From: Massalongia carnosa
Taxonomy: Eukaryota
NCBI GenBank assembly: GCA_965645245.1
Contig: OZ287075.1
Span: forward strand, 1,364,001-1,428,000
Direction: 5' to 3'
DNA: 64,000 bases
The notes under the pieces are model-generated. The model ran no database searches. It saw only the letters and a program-made list of their open reading frames with translations, and was not told the DNA's origin. This document shows, piece after piece, positions 11,298 to 21,720 of the stretch. The translations under genes and the position numbers were made by a program. The stretch's first letter is position 1, and every line of letters begins with the position of its first letter.

Positions 11298-12262
11298 TCA
11301 AATCTTGCCCTCCTTCCTCAGTCCTTCATACAACGCCCACCCTGCCAGCGCTTTTACATCCCTTCCCCCAACTCTCCAAAGCTTCTCTAACGGACACAGC
11401 ATCAGCGTTATCTTCTCTCCATGATCTCTCAATCCCGTGAGTTTCCCCTGCCAATCCCGTAGCTGTGCTCTAGGCACGCGCTTCTGCCACATAAATATTG
11501 GTACAAATTCATCGCACCCGCCCGGCGAAGGGTAAACACCTTGTTGTAAATGCTCGTCGCTTTCTGAAGAAGGCTTGGACAAAGTAAGTTCAGTCAGGTT
11601 AGTAAGATCATCGGCAGGGATTTTAAGACCAGTCTCTTCGGCGATTTCTTTAGCTGCGCTGCCGGCAAAGGTGCCAGAGTCATCGAGCATGCCGGCTGGG
11701 AGCTCGGGAAAAGCGAGGGAGCCAGCAGGGATACGCGGCTGTAGCGTCAGGATGACTTGTTTCTCGGTTTCTGTTTCTTGGGGGACGTCATCAGGTTGGA
11801 GGATTAACTATGTTGAGGGCGATACATCAGCAACGATGGTCTACACTCAAGGGAGACGGGATGAATTCGAACCATCATGCCGACGCTCGCACCCCGAAGA
11901 AACACTGACCCAGGGAGCTTCTCGCCGTTATCGTTGGAAACATCCGCTTTTAGCTTGACGAAGCCAATGCGGTGACCGCCAAAAAAGTCGACGGCTTGGA
12001 TGTCAATCTTACGAAGGATATAAGGAGCTTCGTAGAAAGGGTGCGATTTCTGTTGCTGGGTGGAGAGGGAGTGCTGAAGGGTAGAGAGCCAGGTCTTGAA
12101 TGCGGGGAAGGAGAGAAGCTGGTCTTGGGAGAGATCTGATGTAAGGTGAACGAGTACCTCTGGTACGCTCTTTGGGAGGATGAAAGTTGACATCGGAGCC
12201 GCATTGAGCCCAATGGGAGGTTTAGAGAGATACTTGGCCGTCAACCATATTCTTGCGAGCAT
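11298..12262 (-). CDS. Nudix hydrolase, NUDT14/NUDX14-like (ADP-sugar pyrophosphatase-type); 1 intron 11808-11872
   Basis: IDIQAVDFFGGHRIGFVKLKADV...LPGSVFLRGASVGMM|LILQP...QPRIPAGSLAFPELPAGMLDDSGTFAGSAAKEIAEETGL...YPSPGGCDE...GKLTGLRDHGEKITL. Variant Nudix box. The basic N-terminus may be a targeting peptide; an alternative ATG gives MSTFILP. Confidence 0.88.
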
Positions 12263-15200
12263 GAAGAGCCAATGGGCGCTGGTGAAGTGACCATCACTTA
12301 CACAGCCCAGATTTCCAAGACGTCCTAACGTAGATTAATCGGTACAAGGTACCTAAAAACTAGTGAACTCGCTCATGCGCCGTCAGTCTGACGCGCAAGT
12401 CAGAATTCCTAAAATGGTTAGTTAAATAGTGGCTTATTCAGTTGCAACTCGCTTCATATGACGACCAGGTTTTCTTCATATCATTACGAACTCAGTGATA
12501 GAACTCTCTGACATAACAAATAAGTTGTTCGTGTCAAAACCTCGTCGCAGTCAATTCAACTAGCTTGAGTAATTCCGAATCAATAAGTGGCCGGAATTTG
12601 ACGCGTTGTAAAAAGGTTAAGCATGAGAAGAAACCCGTGGCTCTGCTCTAGAGGGTCATTCTCTCTCAGTGGTAGAAAATAGATAAGTTATGCTTTCACA
12701 GCCAGTCTTGTGGTTTTCTGCTTCATGAAGCACGGGAGGAAAGTGATTACGCTTTCTAGTTGATCAAGATACTTGTTGAACTAAACTTTCTAGGTGGCAT
12801 TTGGAGATATCCGGTCTGACTGTTACGAAGCAAGTTTTCAGAAGATTCTATAATCTAATTGTCTAATTGAAGAAAAATATCGTGATGCATTGAAATTCGA
12901 GCCTCGCTAGCTCATGGAAAAAGAGGCGCAGAAATATCTTGATGTTTGGTTGTGCATCTTGATGAAGATAAGGATAATTTACGATTGTCTTGCGGGTCAT
13001 GCATAAGCTGTAAAGCTACGTTGAAAGTCCAATCTTCCTCATGGGTTTCAAATCTTGATCAGTTTAGCTCAACGGTCAGCTCTGGCTTTGAAATGGTGGT
13101 ACTACAGCCAAGGTTGTGTCTGAAGACTCACAATTATGTGTGCGATTCTCCCTAGTTGCCATGACCTTTTATATTCGAGGCATGGCCGTCGATCAATCGC
13201 AGAAACTGTCAAGGTTTCCGTGTAACTGCGAAAATCCTGGATCGCACTCCTGACATAGCGAACATAAACTCGCTCAACTCGGAGCCAGAGCTTATCAAAA
13301 GCGTGTACTGACTTATCTTAGCATTTTGGGAACGGTGCAGATGGTTCCAAAATTTCTAGGGGAAATGAAAAAAACTATGTCTAAGCTCTTTAGATTTACG
13401 CTAAGGTAGCTAATTATTTTCATCAATGGATGAGCATACATCCTAAGTCCTTAGAATTACCTCGAGGAGTGTTGTATGAGAAAGATTTCTAGATACAGCT
13501 AGGTTTTTGCGTGATGTGCTTGATCAATGTCCTTTTTTTTTCTCACTATCTGGAGGGGACACATTGGTATTGAGCCCGCTATTGCGTAGCCACAAGATCT
13601 AGTATGTGTGTTCTTTGGCGGATAGTTATGTTGTATGATCCAGAAGACTAACATCGACCATCAGCATTTCAATCGGAAATGCCTCTCTTCATAGCTTTCT
13701 GACTAGAGAAATAATTAAGCTAAGTGAGGAGGGCGCTCCTAAGGAACGTGAGTTTGTACTTCATTAAGCTGGTTGCTGGATGAAGCATAAAACAGTCCGC
13801 ATATAACTCTCAATGCTGGTACTCAACTGTCATCTCCGTAAAAATTTCCGTTCCCCTTTCTGAGCGTCAGCCAATGATGCCATCCGACCAGCTAGTCATA
13901 CTTGTGCCCCAGAGGATCCATTGTTATAGTCTTGGAAGGTCGTTGCCTTGTTTAGTTTTGTATTCCCATATTATTTTTATCTCTTTACTTAAGGAACCCT
14001 TTTTGAAAATGCTAATACTCCTACTAGCTGTAGAAGTTTGCCTACACCAGGTTAGCCGCAGTTACTTGACCATCAAAGTGAAAGTCCTACTCATTCCATG
14101 GCTTGCATGTTTCCACCCGGAAGCACCCATGTACAAGGATCGGAATGCAACGTTTTAGGATGTCCGGCTAACTGGTGGGTGATGGTCCGAGCAATGCTAG
14201 ACCAACCTCCAACCCAGAAACTTCATTAGTTCCGAAAGACTACTTGATTGCGGAAGCAGTTGTTAGCAACGATGTATGCCCATCAACGGAGTAGCAGACA
14301 CTCATGGTGGGGCTACAAATCCTCAACAATACACCAACGGCGGAAATCTACAGTCGCCCTGGAATATCGATAGCTTCCGATTGGACGCAACTGAAAGGGC
14401 GAAGATTGCTACGACAGGTTCATACTTCCCATCTAGCGAATCAGCTCTGCGTCAGAGAGAATATGGGACTTTCTCTTTGCCGATTTCGATAAGCTAGTGA
14501 AGAGTGCCATCATAAGGCCAAGCAGGCTTCATGGAGCCATGGCCGGCCAACGAAGTAGGCTAGAAATACCAGTCCTTGCAGATTGTCTTGCAAGCGTCAG
14601 CTCATCTAGTTGCCACATCCGAGAATAGTTTCGATGGTAAGACCTCACAGTTTATAATATTATTCGTTTCCTATATTATGAATGCAGAGAGTCTCCCTGA
14701 AGTTTGACGGCTTCTTGGAGGGGGTTTATGAGTGCTTCGACATCAATATCATCTCAGGGAAATGCTCCCCTGTCTTTAGTATCACTAGGTAAACTCTTAA
14801 ACCCAACCCCCCAGAGCCGTGCTTCCTTCCCAGCGCATCGTCATTAAAGAACTGTACATAAGGAGGCGCTCGATAGCGGCGGGAGACTATTTCAATCAAC
14901 TCAAAAGCTACGATGATGGGAATGTTTTACAAATATTCTCTCTAGTCTTACTTACCTTCTCTCCTCTTCTCTCCACCTATTGCTCCTACATAACTACATA
15001 TCCCGTGATTCTTCGCCCCTGATTACCCATCCCGACTTCACATTCCCTACTTTTTGGGTGAAGAGACTGATTAGGGTGATATGTACTAGGAGGTTGTTTT
15101 TTTGGTGGAGCGATTAATTGGTAGGTCAGTGGTTTGGTGATGATTATGACTAGGAGATAGCTAATGATGGAACCTAGGCGAGATAGATGACTTTGGCTCT

Positions 15201-15484
15201 CGGAGCTCGAGGGTGCAGAGATGGGGATTAAGAAAGAAAAATTGGTTGAGCTTGGAGTCTATTGCAGGGAGGGGGGAAGGGAGGGTTTGTTGTGTTATAT
15301 ATGTCCATTGTGGAGAGAACGACCTACAGATATTCCTCGGGTCATGTAGGCGATATGGATGTTACTGGTAGTGGGCTCTTTATCCATGTACATACAGATA
15401 TACCGCAGAGAATTTCTTAGGGCAAACTAGATGAGTACGTTGGTTCTCAGATCTATCACAATAATTTACCATGTTATACTACCT

Positions 15485-17111
15485 CTAACTTTTATTTCCA
15501 AAGAACCGAGCGAAACTAGAATACTTGCCCCCTTTCCCCAGCGTCTGCCTTTCCCTCTGTACATTCCATTTCCTGTACGATTCGTTTTGCCTGCGTTCCT
15601 GATCCTTCAAGAGGACTTTAGTCACCAACATCTTTTCTCTTGCGTACAAAATTTCTTGAGGTAAACGACCCCTCTCATCATCTGTTTGAGTATCCGGGTC
15701 TTCGGCCCCGCTGTACGACTCTTTGGAGATTCCAACGACGTTGCACAACGCTTCTACCTTCGTGGCCAACCAGTCTCGATGCATAAGCCCATCCCGCCAG
15801 TGAGGAGGAAGCTTCGCATATCCGAAGAACGCGCCCAACAATGCTCCAGCGCAGCATGCGTTCGTGTCTGCGTCTCCGCCCTGCATAACCAGATCCGTAA
15901 TGATAACTTCGAAGGTGTTTGGGGACATTTTGGGCGCCCGCATGGCCAACCGAAGACACAAAATCGTAGAGCCGAGACATTTATATACATATCCTAGCTT
16001 CATGGAGTCGTCCAGGTGAAGTTCAGACAAAGTTTTGACATAAACATGGCGCTGAAATTCCTCATGGTCCAATAGTGACCCCTGGATATCCGGATCCGGT
16101 CTGTACTCTTGATCGACCCATGCAAACCCATGCTCCAGTACCTCATCGATGTCCTGCTCTGTCTTAGTTTTACCCTGGAGCAATTCGGATATCAGAACAG
16201 TGCAAACACAACAAGAAAGCACACAGCGCGGATCTACGTGGGTGACGCGCGAATAGTCCTTGGCAGTTTTATAAGCTACTTCGCGACTGAAGGGAAGACA
16301 CATGATACCCAGAGGATGTGTTCGCATCAGAGACCCGTTTGGCGCAACGTGTCTCCCCGACTTTACCCAATGCTGATACGCCGTGCTTTCGGGAGCATCC
16401 AAGTATCCAAGACTGTTAACGATCTTTGCGTATGATAGAGAAGTCAGTCATGATTTGTTGAAAAAACGGGCTATATATCTTTTCTCTTCGGTATTTTCCC
16501 TAGAAGACCTACACTTCCAACCGTTCTTCCCAGCCCAAGTGGTAACCGGTCAAGGCAACGCAGACCTTGCTCGCACCAGCTACGTAATCGCGCCGCAAAA
16601 TCGTTGGTGAGGAAAAGCCCATCACTGTGCAAGTAAGATAGAAGAATTAGGATTGCATGATCTGTATCGTCCGTCCAAGTAGCCTACCAATGCAGTAAGT
16701 ATACAATTGGCCAAAGCTGCGTTTTGACCAGTATATTTCACATTACCGGATCGAACTTGTCTATATAGGGGTCGATCTCAATTAAACCCAGCGTACGAAT
16801 AGATGTCTGAGCGAATGAAATTTTAATTTCAAAAGAAATCCACAAGCGCTTACTTCTGTGACTATCATTTCGCCATACCGTTACCGGTTCAATTAGGGAG
16901 AACTTCCTCTCCGGGTAAGCTTCTTCGGACATCTGTTTTGACAGAAACTCTGCCGCTAGGATTAAAAAGGTGGTTTTGAAGAGCTCGAAGGTAGAGGCTA
17001 AATACCTGTGAAGAGACCGATGGAGTCCCCTAACGCAGATCCAAATATGACACCAAGTGCCTTATCTTGGACGGTTTGTCTCACAAAGGGATGAAGATCA
17101 AGATACTCCAT
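15485..17111 (-). CDS. ADP-ribosylglycohydrolase (ARH/DraG family); 4 introns incl. a 14-nt microexon (16747-16760)
   Basis: Spliced MEYLDLHPFVRQTVQDKALGVIFGSALGDSIGLFT|EFLSK...|KFDP|ATWTDDTDH...|...NGSLMRTHP...VTHVDP...GGDADTNACCAGALLGA. The metal-binding TDD and DxDT motifs are intact. Confidence 0.92.
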
Positions 17112-17356
17112 ATTATCGACAGAAAGCAGTCAAAAGTAAATACAAAGATTATCAAAAGTAAGAGAACCAAAATCAAATTGAAATCGAAATGGAAATCTGT
17201 TGTCCCTCTAATTAACTAGAACCCCTAAGGCAACATAGCTAGCCGCGGCCTTCGGTATCTCTGCGCTTAACGCAGATCAACGACGACTCCTTACCTCGAT
17301 GAGAACCTTGAAAGCTAATACACTAAGAATCCATTGAATATCTACAGGCGAACAAG

Positions 17357-18328
17357 ATGAGCGCAATTGAAGAAAGCAATGATGGTCCTATTGAAGTGAT
17401 CAAAGTCCTCTTCGCCTTACATCCCTCCTTTGGGGCCCAAGAGCTTTGTGGTCCTCTAGAGGTTCTCACCAACGCCCGCCATAAGATTAATGACCCTGGT
17501 AATTGTTGTCTCCTTTTTGCAATAATTGTCTTCATGCTGTCTGTATTCATCCGATATATGCGCCGCGAACTTATACTGTCATGACCAGATACCAAAGCTT
17601 TCGACTGCACCATTGCAGCAGCTTCACAGGGCGTGACCTCTTCCTCAGGCCTTACTGTTAAGGCGGATACTGACTTCGAAGATACTCACGAGGACCTTAA
17701 CGACTACGATGTCCTGATCATTCCTGGCGGCGACGGGATAGACGACGTGCTGAAGGAGCAATCTGAGCCCATTCCGCTTATCAAAGCTTTTGCCAAACTG
17801 CAGCAGACAGATCCCAGCAAAGAGCGAACCCTACTCTCCATCGGCACGGGGTCGCTGCTTCTGGCTCAGGCGGGTGTTCTGCAAGGTATGGCCGCGACGA
17901 CGCATCCCGACTTCTACACCAAGATGGAGATCATCTGCAAGGAAGCCGCACGGCGCGGTGATCTAGAGCAGACGGACGTCATGGAGGAAAACTACGTCGT
18001 CAACAATGCGCGCTTCGACTTGGGCGAGAAGTTGGAGGAAAACCCTTTCATCTTGAGCAAACGCCCCGATGGTAGGAGGAAGTCGATTGCTCGCAAGGGC
18101 AGCAACGCGTGGAAGGAGTCGGTCAAGCGCCGCGAGTCGAATGCACGGAGAGCTTCGCTAAGACTGGGCGGGTTGAGGGTCATCACAAGTGGTGGGGTCA
18201 CCAGCGGCTTAGATGCTAGCTTGTATCTTGTGGCTGCGATGGTGTCGTTTGAGTCGGCGCAAGAGGTTGCAAGAGTGTTGCAGTATAGCTGGAACAAGGG
18301 GGTTACGGTGGAAGGGATTGATGTTTGA
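17357..18328 (+). CDS. DJ-1/PfpI (class I glutamine amidotransferase-like) family protein; 1 intron 17499-17588; nucleophile Cys replaced by Gly
   Basis: Motifs GPLEVL, YDVLIIPGG, LLSIGTGSLLLAQAGVL (usually SVCTG), ATTHP and ITSGGVTSGLDASLYLV. Confidence 0.9.
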
Positions 18329-19388
18329 TGAGAAGTTCAGCCAAAATAATGAAAGACGGTATGGAACCGAACTCCAATTGAAGGCAATGGGCCACTTGTA
18401 ACAAAAAAGGCGATATCTCGAAGATGAACATTACAACCTCTGAAGCTACGCCCTTGTCCACTGTTGTTACCATGAATAAGGAGCTTTTGTAAATCCAGAC
18501 TTCCCACAGAACTAACGCACCCCTATCCTGAGCCCAAATAATCAACCTATATTATCCTTACCCTTTCTCCCTCCTCTCTCCACCCATTCATTACAAAGGT
18601 CACCCTTTTGCGGACTGTCGAAGTAGTTCTGGGCTGGATATTAAACGCGGGGCGATTGAGCAGCGCTTCGACAGCCGCGACTCGACTTTGCCTTGCCTAA
18701 ACTATACAGAGAATCTCAACGATAAGATTTCTCAAAAAATCGTTTTCTATCTAAACTCGACAATTCTCATCAATTTAACCCCAAAGAGCAGAATTTCCCA
18801 CAAACATCAAGCACCTCTGATGGAGAGTAGTTTTAGAGAGGATTTAATCCCCGGGCCTTCCATCGCTTAGAAGAAGAAGAACCAAGAAATAACTCCTCAA
18901 CCAACATCAGCGCAAAAAGCTCACCCAACATCCCTGCTCAGCCTGGCACTAAATATACAGAAGGCCTCTGACATTAGAGTATCTGCGTCTCGTAAGAAAA
19001 TGTCTCTTGTTGAATTCGCCTACGAACACCTTAGACTTGGTGCCCTAGCTTTTTTCATTTCCCTAGCTTCCTCTGTGAATTCTTCTGGCTGATATTACTT
19101 TGAGCTTTTGCCTCTTTCTTCATCTTCCTCCCCTCCTTCTGTATTCAAGTAAGGTTTCCACTTCCATTCTCGTTGAAGTTTTCATCTTTCCTCACGGGCG
19201 AAGATGCTAACGTGTGGCAATGGGTAAGGGCTTTGGAATACGAAGATCTACAAGAAAGTGGTTGTTTTGGAGTTTGAAGTTATTTAGAACGTTGAAGCTT
19301 TGGGTTGTGGCTTTGCCTACCTGTCGCCGCCTAGGCTGCTAAGGTAGACATGTGGTGCAAAAACATGCCACATCATAGTCTCGAGGTT

Positions 19389-20130
19389 TTAGCCGTGGAA
19401 AATCGTCACCTGCGCACGATGGATCATTAAGTAGGACTGGTCTCTCCAAAGGAGGCAAGGGAGAAAGTTGGAAATATAGACGAACCCTTTGCATAACGTT
19501 TTCTCGGCAAACGGGGCATGTTACCTAGTATATGAGTAAAGTAGGATCCCTCTCTTCAATCGGTACATGTAGATCAGCATACCATTTACACATGTAGCAG
19601 TGTCCTGCAGTATAATCATCAATAATTGGGCACAAAACCCGCGTAAGAGGGAAACACTAACCACATGGCAAAACTGCCACCGAAGATTGCTGAGTGTAAC
19701 AGATCTTACACTCTAGATTTGCTATCAATTCCTTTTCTTTTTTAAGTTCTGGCCGAGTATCATCTTGGTCTAGGCATGAGAATTCCATTATTCTCACTTC
19801 TGGGCCCATAGCTGCCTCGGCTACGAGTGCAGATTCATCTCTATTCCGAGTGGCATTAGACAGGTTCATCTGTTGATCTAGCTGCTCGAAGCGCCTAAAA
19901 TCGTTTAGAACAGCTTCCCTTTCCATATCTACAGCTTCATATTCTACTTGGGCCTGCTCTAATCCCTGTGTGGCATTGGTAAATCTTTGATCAGCTTGTT
20001 CAAACCGAGCTCAAACACCATCTAGAGTAATGTCTAGCCCACCGCCGGCCAGCAAAGGAAGTGCATTGTTTTCTTGGGTGGTGGTAGAAGTAACAGAACT
20101 AGCATCTGAATGAACCAGGTGATAATCCAT
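19389..20130 (-). pseudogene. C3HC4-type RING finger (coiled-coil + C-terminal RING) pseudogene
   Basis: LECKICYTQQSSVAVLPC|GHCYMCKWYAD...LLIY*VTCPVCRENVMQR|VTIFHG*. Two GT..AG introns. In-frame TGA (~20010) and TAG (~19526). One zinc-ligand Cys appears changed to Tyr. Confidence 0.75.
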
Positions 20131-20769
20131 TTTATCTTTACGGCGCTCTATAGATTACCCAGGTTGGTTTGAGTGGTCCAGTAGCCGACTAGGAACTATA
20201 CAAATCTGGCACGAGAAACTTTAGCTGAGTTAAACCCGGCCAATCCAATGCAGGTAGAGGTTTTATGACGGGTAGCATATGAGAATTTCTAGAAGGGGAT
20301 CGCCAAGGTGAAATCTTAGCGGTGCGTGTGTTGTCCGTGGAATTGCTTGCGTAGCTTAGACAATTAGATCCTTGCTAGGAAAGGCGGTTATTTTTCGTTC
20401 TGAAGGTAAAGGCTTGTAATGATAGGAAATTTTATCGAATCAACTTGAAAAAACTCATGGGTTTGTAAAGTAAAGGCCATTGATTGAAATTTTAGCATAT
20501 AATTAGAATCTGATATAGAAACCATGCTTTAAACGACAACGAGAAATTTCCACAGCTTTCCGTAAAACAATTCCCACTATGCGGCGGGGAATCATATTGT
20601 ATTCAGTTTCGGAACTTTCTTAGACCCATTTCAGCAGCCGTTTTCTGGAGGACTGCTCTAGAGGCTTCCCCCTACATTATCCTTACGGCTAACTTTATAG
20701 TTTACAGAGAAGAAAAAGAAGAAAAACGCAAGACCTGCAGAAGTAGAACGAAAGGTTTTGGTGGCTCTG

Positions 20770-21210
20770 CACAGTTAGTCACAAAAATTCTCTCCCATTT
20801 TGCGTGAAGGAAAACTGACATTCGTCAGATACGAAATCAATTCTACAACATGAAGCACCCTTGGCCAGAATCAGCCAAAAAGGCGCCGGTGAATACAAGA
20901 AAGAATGACATGATTGAGGACACCTTTATAGGGTGGAAGGGGCAGATGAGTGCTTGGCTAGCAGAAAGATGTTCAAGCGGCTATTTGTTGACTACCACGC
21001 AGGTGACAAAATTAAATTTATACCAAAATCATCGTGATATAATACCTAAAAGTTTGCAAGCAGTGATTGATGATGAAGGCAGAATGACGAATTATTGTTT
21101 AAAATTCAAAAAATTATGAAATTAACTAAAAAAACGGTAATAGAAAATCCGTGATTTTGGTGAGGAAAAGTTTCGGTTTAAATTTAATTTGTCACCCGCG
21201 TGACTACAAC
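20770..21210 (+). mobile_element. Possible degenerate Tc1/mariner remnant
   Basis: The end of ORF 20850-21119 (IPKSLQAVIDDEGRMTNY) resembles the Tc1-transposase C-terminal motif (S-M-P-x-R-L-x-A-V-I-x-x-x-G-x-x-T-x-Y). Only a 7-bp TAGTCAC/GTGACTA inverted match at the ends. Confidence 0.35.
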
Positions 21211-21720
21211 GTGACTACCTTCCTCCGTCCTCTGAGAGAACAACATTACTAAACGGGATCAGCAGTCACGTGGATCCTCCTTAGAAAGGAGGGACACCTC
21301 ACCTCTCAATCATCCACGAGCCGAAGGGGCAGCAGGCACGTCACTGTCATTTATCAAAATCTCACTGCCACTGACACGGGAGACAGAATCATAAACTAAT
21401 CAAACAACCCCCTGTACCATAACTTATTCTGCATATATACACGAATTCAGCCGAGCATATATGCACGCAAACATCTTATATTCGTCCCTGCTCAGTTCCA
21501 CCACCCCAGGCACCCTTAGCCACACCAATCCAAGTATGCGCAAGAGAATAGACCCCGAGCCTGCCCCGTCCCCACCCTGGAACCCCCAAAAAGTACTCTA
21601 AAAGAGGGGGTATATAAAGCTTTGCTTTTTTGCATCCATGCAGCATGCCATAATCATCCATCAACGCCAATCTCAAACTACCAATATTCCAAGCTCTGTC
21701 CTTTTCCACAGTTACCTAAC

